This document shows positions 42,835-52,727 of a DNA stretch of 64,000 nt, one piece after another. The stretch is from Candidatus Omnitrophota bacterium (GTDB lineage Bacteria; Omnitrophota; Gorgyraeia; Gygaellales; JAQTUX01), in contig JAQTUX010000001.1 of the NCBI GenBank assembly GCA_028707125.1, positions 822,528 through 886,527 on the forward strand. The letters are read 5' to 3'. The notes under the pieces are model-generated. The model searched no databases. It saw only the letters and a list, made by a program, of their open reading frames with translations, and was not told where the DNA came from. A program made the translations under genes and the position numbers. Position 1 is the stretch's first letter, and each line of letters starts with the position of its first letter.

Positions 42835-44099
42835 AAGAATTCAAGGGTAAAAAGGCGGCTGTCCTGGGGGCGGGCCGTTCCGGGCTCGCGGCCGCGGCCC
42901 TGCTTAAAGACGCGGGGGCGGACGTGTTTGTCTCCGACCTGAGCGATTCCAGCAAGATCCTGGAGAGCGAGAGATTCCTTGCCGCCCGGGACATAGAATT
43001 TGAATTTGGAAAGCACTCCAAAGACAGGATAAAACAGAGCGGCCTTATTGTCATAAGCCCGGGCATAAGCGGGAACTCCGACATAGTGAAGTGGGCGGAT
43101 GGCCTGAAAATACCCATCATAAGCGAGATCGAACTGGGTTATCTTTTTTGCAAGGGCAGGATCGTGGCGGTCACCGGCACCAACGGGAAGACCACGGTAA
43201 CCACCCTCATCGGGAAGGTGATCTCGGCTGCCGGCTATAAGTGTTTTACCTGCGGCAACATCGGCAGGCCGTTTTGCGCGGACGCGGGGCAGGCGAGAGA
43301 GGGGGATTTTATCTCTTTGGAGGTAAGCTCTTTTCAGCTTGAAAGGACCCAAAGTTTTAAGCCGCGTGTGGCGGTAATGCTCAACATCAGCCCCGACCAT
43401 ATGGACAGATACCGCGATATTGATGAGTATTTTTCCGCGAAAAAGAAGATATACGCCAATCAGGGCAGCGACGATTTTCTTATACTCAATTACGATGACC
43501 CGCTTTTGGCCGGCCTGGCAGGCGAGGCGCCTTCCAGGGCGATGTTTTTCAGAGACAAGTTGGAAGATTCCAAACACGGCGTAAAATTGAATCCCAATCA
43601 CTTCGCGGTTATGGCCGCGGCCGAGGCGCTGGGCATACCTGAGAAGACCTGTATGGCGGTATTCAGGGAATTCAAAGGCGTGGAGCATCGCCTTGAAGCA
43701 GTGCGCACGATCAGAGATATATTATTCATCAACGACTCAAAGGCGACCAACGTGGATTCCGCGATCTGGGCATTGAAAAATTTGAGCCGGCCGGCGGTGA
43801 TCATTGCCGGCGGCAGGGATAAAAATTGCCCGCTGGACCCGGTCTTGCCGCTGGTAAGGCAAAAGGTAAAGCATATGGTGCTGATCGGCGAGGCCACGGA
43901 TAAGTTCTATGATTTTTTTAAAGATACCGTCAGTATTGATAAAGCCGGCGATCTGGAAGGCGCGGTAAGGGCCGCCTATAAGAGGGCAGCGCCCGGCGAC
44001 TGCGTCATCCTCAGCCCCATGTGCGCGAGTTTCGATATGTTTGATAACTATGAACATAGAGGGAGAGTATTTAAAGAGATAGTTAATAAATTGACATAG
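42831..44099 (+). CDS. murD: UDP-N-acetylmuramoylalanine--D-glutamate ligase
   Basis: GTNGKTT P-loop, MurD domain organisation. Confidence 0.9.
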   Translation: MKEFKGKKAAVLGAGRSGLAAAALLKDAGADVFVSDLSDSSKILESERFLAARDIEFEFGKHSKDRIKQSGLIVISPGISGNSDIVKWADGLKIPIISEIELGYLFCKGRIVAVTGTNGKTTVTTLIGKVISAAGYKCFTCGNIGRPFCADAGQAREGDFISLEVSSFQLERTQSFKPRVAVMLNISPDHMDRYRDIDEYFSAKKKIYANQGSDDFLILNYDDPLLAGLAGEAPSRAMFFRDKLEDSKHGVKLNPNHFAVMAAAEALGIPEKTCMAVFREFKGVEHRLEAVRTIRDILFINDSKATNVDSAIWALKNLSRPAVIIAGGRDKNCPLDPVLPLVRQKVKHMVLIGEATDKFYDFFKDTVSIDKAGDLEGAVRAAYKRAAPGDCVILSPMCASFDMFDNYEHRGRVFKEIVNKLT

Positions 44100-44104
44100 G
44101 GAAA

Positions 44105-44249
44105 TAAAACCCTAAACCCGAAACCCTAAACTCTAAATAAACCCAAATGTTAAAACCACAAACCCAAAACTTGATTATGGTTGCTGTTTGTAGTTTTGTG
44201 TTTTGAGTTTGTAGTTTGTTTAGTGTTTAGAGTTTAGTGTTTAGAGTTT
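44105..44249. repeat. Heptamer-periodic imperfect palindromic intergenic element B (CCCTAAA-like array facing TTTAGDG-like array)
   Basis: Left arm AAACCCT AAACCCG AAACCCT AAACTCT; right arm GTGTTTA GAGTTTA GTGTTTA GAGTTTA; occupies the whole murD-ftsW spacer. Confidence 0.6.
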
Positions 44250-44255
44250 AAGAAT

Positions 44256-45344
44256 ATGAGGCGGACAAGGATAACATTATTCTGCGTGACGGTGGCCCTG
44301 ATATGCCTGGGCCTGGTGATGATCTACAGCGCCAGTTCGATCTACGCCTGGGAAAACTACAAGGACAGCGCCTTTTTCCTGAAGAGGCAGCTGCTTTACG
44401 TCATCTTGGGGGCGATAGGCGGTTTTTTCACGCTTTCCTTTGATTACGCCCTCCTGCGCAAGGCGGCCAAGCCGCTGATGGTATTCTCAGTATTTCTGCT
44501 TTTACTTCTGCTCCTGCCGGGTATTTCCAGGGAGGTCTCAGGGGCAAGGCGCTGGTTCAGGTTAGGATTGATCGGTTTCCAGCCGTCGGAGCTGGCCATA
44601 TTGACAATGATCATCTATGTTTCGGATTTCATCTCCCGCAAAAAGGGCATCGTCAGGGATTTCTATTCCGGGTTCCTTCCGCCGGTGATGGTTTTAGGTT
44701 TTGTCACGCTGCTTATATTCCTTCAGCCGGACTTCGGCACCGCGGTAGGGATGGGCACGGTCACGCTGATAATCATTTTCCTGGGCGGCGCGCGGCTGGC
44801 CCATCTCGGTTCAATACTCCTGGCGGCTTTCCCTTTCTTATACGTTCTGGTCTTCAGCGTTCCCTATCGCAGGGCGAGGATAATGTCGTTCCTTAATCCC
44901 TGGCTTGACCCCAAGGGCAGCGGTTTCCAGATCATTCAATCGCAGATAGCGCTTGGTTCGGGCGGGCTTTTCGGAGTGGGGCTGGGCGAAGGCAAGCAGA
45001 AGCTGTTTTACCTGCCTGCCGCGCATACCGATTTTATATTCTCCATAATCGGAGAAGAACTGGGTTTTCTCGGCACAATGGCCGTGGTCATACTTTTTGT
45101 CACGTTGATATGGCAGGGCGTAAATATTGCCAGGAACTCTCCGGATCTATTCGGATGTTTATTGAGCGTGGGAGTGACATCAATGCTCGCCTTTAAGGCA
45201 TTCATAAACATAGGCGTGTCTTGCGGTATCCTGCCTACCAAAGGGCTCCCCTTGCCGTTTATAAGTTACGGGGGCTCTTCCTTATTGTTTGATATGATAG
45301 GCGTGGCTATTTTGCTTAATGTGGCAAAACACGCTGAGATATGA
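44256..45344 (+). CDS. ftsW: SEDS-family peptidoglycan glycosyltransferase FtsW
   Basis: 10-TM SEDS topology, conserved FtsW/RodA motifs. Confidence 0.9.
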   Translation: MRRTRITLFCVTVALICLGLVMIYSASSIYAWENYKDSAFFLKRQLLYVILGAIGGFFTLSFDYALLRKAAKPLMVFSVFLLLLLLLPGISREVSGARRWFRLGLIGFQPSELAILTMIIYVSDFISRKKGIVRDFYSGFLPPVMVLGFVTLLIFLQPDFGTAVGMGTVTLIIIFLGGARLAHLGSILLAAFPFLYVLVFSVPYRRARIMSFLNPWLDPKGSGFQIIQSQIALGSGGLFGVGLGEGKQKLFYLPAAHTDFIFSIIGEELGFLGTMAVVILFVTLIWQGVNIARNSPDLFGCLLSVGVTSMLAFKAFINIGVSCGILPTKGLPLPFISYGGSSLLFDMIGVAILLNVAKHAEI

Positions 45345-46429
45345 AAATACTGATCGCCTGCGGCGCCAGCGGCGGCCACATATTTCCGGCGATAAGTTTC
45401 GCGGAGCGCCTGAAGGCAGAGAGGCCTCAAGCGCGGATATTGTTCGTTGTCTCAAAGACGGCGTTCGGCAGCGCGATCCCGGGCGGCTATGATACCAGGG
45501 TCATTTCTGTTCTGCCGCCGGCGAGGTTCTTTTCCGCGCGTTTTTTCTGTTTTCTATTCTCGCTGGCCAGGGCATTCTTTGAAAGTATCTCCATCATCCG
45601 TAAATTTGATCCCGTCTTAGTAGTGGGATTCGGCTGTTATTCCTGCGTCCCCGCGGTATTGGCGGCGGTTATTTTAAGGAAGAAGACATTGCTGCACGAA
45701 CAGAACGTTATTCCGGGAAGGGCGCTGCGCCTTCTGGCGCCGTTCGTGAACAAAATAGCGATAAGCTTTCAGGAGACGCGCGATAGATTCGGTTTCTTAT
45801 ATAGGAAAAAGATCGTATTGACCGGCAATCCTTTACGCGGGGAGCTGTTTGGGAAGAGCCGGGATGACGCCTTGAGTTTTTTCGGTTTTGATCCGGGGAA
45901 GAAGACGATCCTGGTAATGGGCGGCAGCCAGGGAAGCCGGAAGATCAACAAGGCCTTTATCAGCGCGGCGGCGCCGCTCAAGGATCATCTGTCCATGCAG
46001 GTCATACATATTTGCGGCAGGGACGACAGGGAATATCTGGCGGGCGAGTACAAAAGATTAGGCGTAGATGCCCGCGTGTTTGATTTCCTGAAAGATATGG
46101 GATACGCCTATTCTCTGGCAGACGCGGTGGTATCGCGCGCCGGGGCTATGGCGGTATCTGAGATCATCGGGCTGGGAAAACCATCCGTGCTTATACCTTA
46201 TCCGTTTGCCAGGGCCCATCAATCGGCGAATGCCGAGGTGCTTTCTTCGGCGGGCGCCGCCATTGTGATAAAAGATGTCGAGCTGAGCGCGGAATACCTG
46301 CGCGGCAGATTATTGCTTTTATTGCGCGAACAGGAAGAAATTGATAGAATAAAGCGGGGGTTATCGGGGTTGGCAGTGCTGGAGGCGGATAAATTGCTGG
46401 TTAACAGCGCGTTGGAGCTATCGCATTGA
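45341..46429 (+). CDS. murG: UDP-N-acetylglucosamine--N-acetylmuramyl-(pentapeptide) pyrophosphoryl-undecaprenol N-acetylglucosamine transferase
   Basis: GT28 fold, GGSGGHIFP motif. Confidence 0.9.
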   Translation: MKILIACGASGGHIFPAISFAERLKAERPQARILFVVSKTAFGSAIPGGYDTRVISVLPPARFFSARFFCFLFSLARAFFESISIIRKFDPVLVVGFGCYSCVPAVLAAVILRKKTLLHEQNVIPGRALRLLAPFVNKIAISFQETRDRFGFLYRKKIVLTGNPLRGELFGKSRDDALSFFGFDPGKKTILVMGGSQGSRKINKAFISAAAPLKDHLSMQVIHICGRDDREYLAGEYKRLGVDARVFDFLKDMGYAYSLADAVVSRAGAMAVSEIIGLGKPSVLIPYPFARAHQSANAEVLSSAGAAIVIKDVELSAEYLRGRLLLLLREQEEIDRIKRGLSGLAVLEADKLLVNSALELSH

Positions 46430-47238
46430 TGGGCCTTATCAAGAGATGTTTGCTGCCGCTGGCAGTAATGATGTTTTGTGTTTTATCCTGCCGTGCTGAA
46501 TCCGTAGCGGGAAAAGAATGGAAAGAGAAAAGGAGCGAGCATTTCATTGTCTATTATGATGAGTTCAACAGGGATTTCCTGGATAAGCTGATAAGGCAGG
46601 CAGAGCGCCTGTATACGAAGATCACCGATAATCTGGGATATATGCGTTATGATTACTGGACCTGGGACAACAGGGCGAAGTTTTATATTTATAATGATAA
46701 AGACGGCTACGTGTCAGGCACGGGGCAGCCGCGCTGGTCTGAGGGCGCGGCAGATACCTACAACAAGATAATCACGACCTATTACGGCGCTTCAGACATT
46801 TTTTTTAACAGCATCCTGCCTCATGAGTTGGGGCATCTTATGTTCAGGGAATTCGTCGGTTTCAAGGCCTCGGTCCCGCTCTGGTTTGAAGAGGGCGTGG
46901 CTGTGATGCAGGAGGTATTGATGGATGAGGTGAGGCGGCATTCGGCAAGAAGCAGGGTAAAGAACGCCTGGCGCAACAAGACGTTCATACCCCTGACTAT
47001 CCTTTCATCCATGTCCGTGAGGGATGAGGATGATGAGTCAAGGGTAGGTTTATTTTATGACGAAGCGCTGATGGCCGTGTATTTCCTGATGGATGAGTTC
47101 GGCAGGGAAAGGTTTGTGAGGTTGTGCAGGCGCATAAGGGACGGCGACGGCTTTGCCGAGGCGCTGGTCTCCGTGTATCGCATTAATTCACTTGAAGAGT
47201 TGAATGAACGATTTGTTGAATATATAAGCAATGAATAG
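46426..47238 (+). CDS. Secreted putative gluzincin metallopeptidase (peptidase MA-like, HExxH + downstream Glu)
   Basis: Signal peptide; HELGH motif followed ~20 aa later by EEG; inserted between murG and murC. Confidence 0.55.
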   Translation: MMGLIKRCLLPLAVMMFCVLSCRAESVAGKEWKEKRSEHFIVYYDEFNRDFLDKLIRQAERLYTKITDNLGYMRYDYWTWDNRAKFYIYNDKDGYVSGTGQPRWSEGAADTYNKIITTYYGASDIFFNSILPHELGHLMFREFVGFKASVPLWFEEGVAVMQEVLMDEVRRHSARSRVKNAWRNKTFIPLTILSSMSVRDEDDESRVGLFYDEALMAVYFLMDEFGRERFVRLCRRIRDGDGFAEALVSVYRINSLEELNERFVEYISNE

Positions 47239-48610
47239 GCGCGTGCATTTCATAGGCATAGGCGGCATAGGCATGAGCGGGATCGCCAGCATACTGCTTA
47301 AAAAGGGCGAGAGCGTAAGCGGTTCCGACCTTAAGCTCAGCGCGGTAACCGATAAATTGAAGAAAGAGGGCGCCAGGGTCTCTCAGGGCCATTCCGCGGC
47401 TAACGTGGGATACGCCGACATAGTGGTCTATTCCTCGGCCATCAAGGAGGAGAATCCTGAATTAAAAGAGGCGCGCAGGCGCGGCATTGAGATATACAGC
47501 CGCGCGAGGATGCTGGCTGAGATAATGCTAGGTCATAAAGTCGTCACAGTGACCGGCGCGCACGGAAAGACCACCACCACATCCCTTATCTCGCACCTTT
47601 TGCAATACGCGGGATTATCGCCGACGGTGGCGGTGGGAGGCATACTGGCCAACATAGAAGATAACGCTTCCTTCGGCAACGGCTCGTTTTTTGTGGCTGA
47701 GGCGGACGAATCAGACGGCTCTTTCCTCTGTTATTCGCCGGATTATTCCGTGATAACCAACCTGGATTTTGAGCATATGGATTTCTATGGGACAGAGGAA
47801 AAACTCTTTGCCGCGTTCAGCGAGTTCATAAACAAGACCCGCGACAACGGCATTATCTTTGCCTGCGGCGACGACCGCAATTTAAGGCAGATGCTGGCAA
47901 AGAGCGGCAAAAAGAGCGTCCTGTTCGGCCTGGATGGGAATACGGATGTATATGCCGGGGATATTGTCCTGAACGGTTTTTCCTCGGAATTTGACTGTTA
48001 CGCTAAAGGCGCTTTCCTGGGAAGGTTCCATCTGCCTTTGGCGGGAAGGCACAATGTCTCAAACGCCCTGGCTGTAATAGCGGTAGGCAGCGAGGCCGGC
48101 GTAAAGGCCGATGTGATGAAAGAGGCCATGGCCTGTTTTCGCGGCATAGGCAGGAGGTTTCAGGTGAGGGCGGAATTAAAAGATGAGCGGATAATCGTAG
48201 TGGAAGATTACGGCCATCACCCCACTGAAATAAAGCGGACGCTGGAGGCGGTTAAGTCCTGCAAGTATGACAGGATAATCTGCGCCTTTCAGCCGCACAG
48301 GTACACGAGGACGCGGCTGTTGATGGACGAGTTTACGAAATGCTTTGACGCGGCAGACCACCTGATACTTACCGATATTTACGCGGCGTCGGAGCAGCCG
48401 ATTGAAGGCATTGATTCGCGGGTCTTATATAGAAATATACAGAGCAGGTTGGGCGGCAGGGTGGAATTCGCGCGCAAGGCAGAGATATCCGCGCGGATCG
48501 AGCGGATCTTGCGGCCCGGAGATTTTGTTATTATACTCGGCGCCGGAGATATCACAGAGGTATGCGATGAATTGGTGGAAAGGATTGGAAGGAAGGCTGA
48601 GGTTAGATGA
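47231..48610 (+). CDS. murC: UDP-N-acetylmuramate--L-alanine ligase
   Basis: GIGGIGMSG N-terminal motif, P-loop GAHGKTTTT. Confidence 0.9.
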   Translation: MNRRVHFIGIGGIGMSGIASILLKKGESVSGSDLKLSAVTDKLKKEGARVSQGHSAANVGYADIVVYSSAIKEENPELKEARRRGIEIYSRARMLAEIMLGHKVVTVTGAHGKTTTTSLISHLLQYAGLSPTVAVGGILANIEDNASFGNGSFFVAEADESDGSFLCYSPDYSVITNLDFEHMDFYGTEEKLFAAFSEFINKTRDNGIIFACGDDRNLRQMLAKSGKKSVLFGLDGNTDVYAGDIVLNGFSSEFDCYAKGAFLGRFHLPLAGRHNVSNALAVIAVGSEAGVKADVMKEAMACFRGIGRRFQVRAELKDERIIVVEDYGHHPTEIKRTLEAVKSCKYDRIICAFQPHRYTRTRLLMDEFTKCFDAADHLILTDIYAASEQPIEGIDSRVLYRNIQSRLGGRVEFARKAEISARIERILRPGDFVIILGAGDITEVCDELVERIGRKAEVR

Positions 48611-49454
48611 GCCGCTGCGGCGCCACAGCAGTTTTCGCATAGGCGGCAAAGCGCGCTTCTGGTATGAGCCGAAGGATATAGAGGGCTTGAGAGAGGCGCT
48701 TAGGCGGATCAAACAACATTCCATAAAAGCTGCCATAATCGGCGCCGGCAGCAATATCTTATTTGATGATAGTGGATTTAAAGGGGCCTGCCTGCGGCTT
48801 TGCTCGCCGGGATTCAGCGCGATCAGTAAGGCGGGAAGCAGTTCTATTGTCTGCGGCGCTGGCGCGATGCTCAAGGATATCGTGAGTTTTGCCGGGAGCC
48901 ATAATATGGGCGGGGCAGAGTTCCTGGCAGGCATACCCGGGACCCTGGGCGGCGCTATTATCATGAACGCGGGAGTAGAGAGCAGGAACATTTCCGATCT
49001 GGTCTCTGAAGTCGATCTTATGGATTATTCAGGCCGCGTCAGGGCGGTCAAGAAAGAAAACATCGCTTTCGCTTACCGGCGCTCTCGCCTGGGCAGGTAT
49101 ATAGTGCTTGGGGCTAAATTAAGGCTTTTCGCGCGCGAAGGGGAGTTGATCGGCAGGGATGTCAGGCGCATCATTGACAGGAGGCTCAAGACGCAGGACT
49201 ACAGCCATCCCAGCGCCGGGTGCGTATTCAAGAACCCTCCTTCTGATTCAGCCGGCCGGCTCATAGATATCTGCGGCCTTAAAGGAGAAAGGGTCGGCGG
49301 GGCAGAGGTTTCCAGCCGCCACGCCAATTTTATAATAAACAGGGGCAGGGCCAGATCGCGGGACGTTATACGGCTGATGAATATAATAAAAGGCAGGGTA
49401 AAGGACGAGTTCGGGATATGCTTAGAGCCGGAAATAAAGATATTGGGAAATTAA
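48567..49454 (+). CDS. murB: UDP-N-acetylenolpyruvoylglucosamine reductase
   Basis: FAD-binding PCMH domain (RIGGKA), MurB C-terminal domain. Start trimmed to ATG at 48567 (MNWWKG), a 44-nt overlap with murC. Confidence 0.85.
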   Translation: MNWWKGLEGRLRLDEPLRRHSSFRIGGKARFWYEPKDIEGLREALRRIKQHSIKAAIIGAGSNILFDDSGFKGACLRLCSPGFSAISKAGSSSIVCGAGAMLKDIVSFAGSHNMGGAEFLAGIPGTLGGAIIMNAGVESRNISDLVSEVDLMDYSGRVRAVKKENIAFAYRRSRLGRYIVLGAKLRLFAREGELIGRDVRRIIDRRLKTQDYSHPSAGCVFKNPPSDSAGRLIDICGLKGERVGGAEVSSRHANFIINRGRARSRDVIRLMNIIKGRVKDEFGICLEPEIKILGN

Positions 49455-50374
49455 AGAAAGCTAATGTAGGCATTTTGATGGGAGGGGTCTCTTCTGAGAG
49501 AGAGATATCTCTTAAGTCCGGCGCAGCCGTGGCTGCCTGCCTGCGCGAGGCGGGATTCAACATAAAAGAGATAGATATTGCTACGGATAGGCCGGCTGAT
49601 ATAAAGCGGCTGCTGCGGGAGTCAGGGATCGGCCTCGCCTTTATCGCGCTGCACGGCCGGCTGGGAGAAGATGGGAAGATCCAGAAGATACTCGGCGATC
49701 TGGGCATTGTTTATACCGGCTCTTCTCCGCGCGCCAGCGATCTTGCCCTGGATAAGGTATCTTCAAGGGTGCTGTTTGAAAAAGGCGGTTTGCATACGCC
49801 GCGGTATAGCATTTTGAACAAAAAACGTTCGTTGGATGATCTGCCTGATATTTCCTTTCCGGTTGTGGTAAAGCCGCCGCGCGAGGGCTCCAGCATAGGC
49901 CTGTCAATAGTTGATTCGCCTGGCGGCCTGAAACAGGCGTTGTCCCGCGCGTTTGAATATGACAGCAGGGCGATCGTGGAGGAATATATACGGGGGCGCG
50001 AAGTGACCGTGGGTATCCTGGCGGATAATGCCCTGCCTGTCATAGAGATCTTCCCCAAAAGAAGGTTCTTTGATTATAGCGCGAAATATAAGAAGGGGTT
50101 CACCGAATATATAGTGCCGGCAAAATTAAAGAAGAGCGAATCCTCTGCCTGTAAGGACGCGGCCTTGAAGGCGCACCGGCTGCTGGGCTGCGACAGTTTT
50201 TCCCGGGTGGACATCATTCTTTCCCAGGGCGGCAGGCCGTATGTGCTGGAGGTTAACACCATACCGGGCTTTACCGCGTCCAGCCTGCTGCCGAAGGCGG
50301 CGGCTTCTATTGGGTTGACTTTTTCTGATTTATGTATAGAATTGTTAAGGTTGGCTTATGAAAAAGAAAAATAA
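49418..50374 (+). CDS. ddl: D-alanine--D-alanine ligase
   Basis: VGILMGGVSSEREISLKSG N-terminus, ATP-grasp motifs. Confidence 0.9.
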   Translation: MLRAGNKDIGKLKKANVGILMGGVSSEREISLKSGAAVAACLREAGFNIKEIDIATDRPADIKRLLRESGIGLAFIALHGRLGEDGKIQKILGDLGIVYTGSSPRASDLALDKVSSRVLFEKGGLHTPRYSILNKKRSLDDLPDISFPVVVKPPREGSSIGLSIVDSPGGLKQALSRAFEYDSRAIVEEYIRGREVTVGILADNALPVIEIFPKRRFFDYSAKYKKGFTEYIVPAKLKKSESSACKDAALKAHRLLGCDSFSRVDIILSQGGRPYVLEVNTIPGFTASSLLPKAAASIGLTFSDLCIELLRLAYEKEK

Positions 50375-51092
50375 AAAGACATTATCGCTTATAATAATCC
50401 TGCTCATTGCCCTGGGTTCAGCCGCTGCCCTCGCGTGGTACGCGGCGCGGGCCGTAAGGTCCTCGGCATTCTTCAGGATAAAGGGCGTAGCCATCGCTTC
50501 CAACGCGAAGATAGATGTCTCGCATCTTATAGGCAGGAATATATTTGACGTTGACCTGAGAAGGGAGATCCGGTTTCTCAGGAACAACTATCCCCGGCTC
50601 AGGATATTGAGCGTGGTCAAGCGTTTTCCCGACAGGATGATCATAAATTCCCGGACGCGCGCGGCAATAGCGCAGATAAAGTCCTACCGCTACCTGTTCA
50701 TAGACGAAGAGGCGGTCATATTGCCGGAAGAATCCGATTATGGCAGCAGCACGCTTCCTGTCATCGTAGGCCTGGAGTCAAAGATAAGCAGGCCCAGGTA
50801 CGGCTGGTCATACGCCGATCTAAAGGAGATCAAGATCGCGTTTGAGCTTATGAAAGAACTGAAAGGTAATCCCGATACCGCCGGTTTAGATATCGCGAAG
50901 ATAGACGTGTCCAGCCCCGGCAGCCTTTCTTTTTCTGTCAGGCCTTCCGGCTTGCCGATCAAGGTGGGGGATGAGGATATAAAAAAGCGCGTAAGATCGC
51001 TGGGGGCTGTATTGCGCAAGCTGGACGCGAAATTGGATAACTTGAGCTATATAGACCTCAGGTTTTCTGAGCCGGTAGTCAAACCAAAATAA
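50358..51092 (+). CDS. ftsQ: Cell division protein FtsQ/DivIB
   Basis: Single N-terminal TM then POTRA-like domain; canonical ddl-ftsQ-ftsA position. Confidence 0.75.
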   Translation: MKKKNKKTLSLIIILLIALGSAAALAWYAARAVRSSAFFRIKGVAIASNAKIDVSHLIGRNIFDVDLRREIRFLRNNYPRLRILSVVKRFPDRMIINSRTRAAIAQIKSYRYLFIDEEAVILPEESDYGSSTLPVIVGLESKISRPRYGWSYADLKEIKIAFELMKELKGNPDTAGLDIAKIDVSSPGSLSFSVRPSGLPIKVGDEDIKKRVRSLGAVLRKLDAKLDNLSYIDLRFSEPVVKPK

Positions 51093-51095
51093 ATC

Positions 51096-52319
51096 ATGGC
51101 AGTTAAGAACAGTATGGTCTGCGGACTGGATATCGGCACGAGCAAAATAGCGGGCTGCCTTTGCCTGGGCGCCAGGGGGCAGCAGAAGCCCGCGTTGTTT
51201 TTTTCTTCCGCGGAGGCGCGCGGCATAAAGAAAGGCGTGGTAAACGACGCTGCCTTGTTTTGCGAATCGGTGGATAAGGTTTTAGGCGGCCTGCAGAAGG
51301 ACTCAGGCGCGCGGTTCAGGGAAGTGCATGTAAGCCTCCAGGGGGATTTTTCCTGCAGGCATTCCAACGCCGCTGTTACGCTCTCTGAACGAGGGAACAG
51401 GCAGATAACCAGCCAGGACATCAGGAAAATAAACGAACAGGCAAGGATGCTTGGGGTGCGCCTGGATGAATCGCTTCTGTATTCTTTTCCGGTTTACTAC
51501 GTTATAGATGACGATGTGAGGAGCGCCAAGCCCGCGGGGCTTTACGCGCGCAAATTTGAGGTGGACCTTTATCTGGTCACCGCCCCGGCGAGCTTAACGG
51601 ATAACATCGCCCTGGCGATAAATAACGCCGGCTATAATGTGGCCGGCTTTTATTTGTCTTCGGCGGCATTGGGGCATTCCGCGTTAACCGCTGAGGAGCA
51701 GGATAAGGGGGTGCTGTTGATAGATATGGGCGCTGAGATCACCGAGGCGGCTGTATTCAAAGACGGCGGCGTCAGGCACCTTGAGATATTCGGCTTCGGC
51801 GCGGATGATTTTACGCGCGCGTTAAAGGATGAGCTTAAGATAGGCATTGAGCTGGCAGAGGAGATCAAGGAATCATACGGCACTCTGTTTGTGGAGCAGC
51901 TGGACGATAAACAGGAGATCATGATAAACCGGCATGGTTCGTATGTGCCGGTTAAGCGCAGCGAGATTTGCTGCGCGCTGGTAAAGAAGTCAGGGCCCAT
52001 ACTAAAGGCAATGGAGAACAGGTTAAGGTATATCATCAACAAGGAGGAGTTGCCTTGCGGTATTGTGGCGGCAGGGGGCGGCTCTTACCTTGAAGGGCTG
52101 CTTGAGGCGATGGAGAAGGTCTTCCATGTTTCCGTAAAGATCGCAGCCATACGCCAGGATCTGACGCAAAAGAAGGAGCTGAAATACGCCACCGCGCTTG
52201 GCATCATTAAAATGGTGCTTGAGTCGCGGGAGCAGAAAGAATCATCTCTACCCACCCCCGAAGGCCTCTTCCGCAGGCTATCCGAGAAGCTCAAGGAAGT
52301 GTATCAGGAATATTTCTAG
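51096..52319 (+). CDS. ftsA: Cell division protein FtsA
   Basis: Actin-like ATPase motifs (GLDIGTSKI), FtsA domain layout. Confidence 0.9.
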   Translation: MAVKNSMVCGLDIGTSKIAGCLCLGARGQQKPALFFSSAEARGIKKGVVNDAALFCESVDKVLGGLQKDSGARFREVHVSLQGDFSCRHSNAAVTLSERGNRQITSQDIRKINEQARMLGVRLDESLLYSFPVYYVIDDDVRSAKPAGLYARKFEVDLYLVTAPASLTDNIALAINNAGYNVAGFYLSSAALGHSALTAEEQDKGVLLIDMGAEITEAAVFKDGGVRHLEIFGFGADDFTRALKDELKIGIELAEEIKESYGTLFVEQLDDKQEIMINRHGSYVPVKRSEICCALVKKSGPILKAMENRLRYIINKEELPCGIVAAGGGSYLEGLLEAMEKVFHVSVKIAAIRQDLTQKKELKYATALGIIKMVLESREQKESSLPTPEGLFRRLSEKLKEVYQEYF

Positions 52320-52347
52320 TCTTTACCATCTTCCAAGGCGTTTCCCT

Positions 52348-52367
52348 CTACACACTTACGTGTGTAG
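52348..52367. repeat. REP-type hairpin (CTACACAC-TTAC-GTGTGTAG) overlapping tnpA stop codon
   Basis: Perfect 8-bp stem; the TAA stop of tnpA lies in the loop. Confidence 0.6.
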
Positions 52368-52727
52368 AATCCTTTGGCTGCGGATGTATTCTTGCACGCT
52401 TTCTAATTCTACTATATCCACTTCTCTAAAACCATATCGCCTTGCCCAGAAATGCTTAGGATTGTAATTCCCCACACGTAAGTGTGGGGTGTTCTCCAAT
52501 AGTTTCTTACCAGAAACAGATTTTAGTGTTCTTACCATATCAGCCAATTCTTTCCTGTCTTTTGCTTCCAGCAACATATGCACGTGGTTCTTATTGGATT
52601 CCATTTCCAAAATATTATAGTTCTTTCGTTGTGCTACCTCTAGAAAAGAGTTCTTTGCTATCTCTTCAGCTTTCGCTTCCAGTGTTTCTCTTCTGCGCTT
52701 TGTCACGAACCAGATATGGTAATACAT
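52356..52727 (-). CDS. tnpA: IS200/IS605-family Y1 (HUH) transposase TnpA / REP-associated tyrosine transposase-like
   Basis: HUH motif HVHMLL, C-terminal catalytic Tyr in SVQEYIRSQ, ~123 aa; REP hairpins at gene end and inside it. Confidence 0.8.
   Translation of the reverse strand: MYYHIWFVTKRRRETLEAKAEEIAKNSFLEVAQRKNYNILEMESNKNHVHMLLEAKDRKELADMVRTLKSVSGKKLLENTPHLRVGNYNPKHFWARRYGFREVDIVELESVQEYIRSQRILHT
52470..52489. repeat. REP-type hairpin in inverted orientation (CCCCACAC-GTAA-GTGTGGGG), inside tnpA coding sequence
   Basis: Perfect 8-bp stem; encodes TPHLRVG of TnpA. Confidence 0.55.

Noticed and set aside
42729-43688. 319-aa minus-strand ORF
   Set aside because: Antisense to murD/mraY junction
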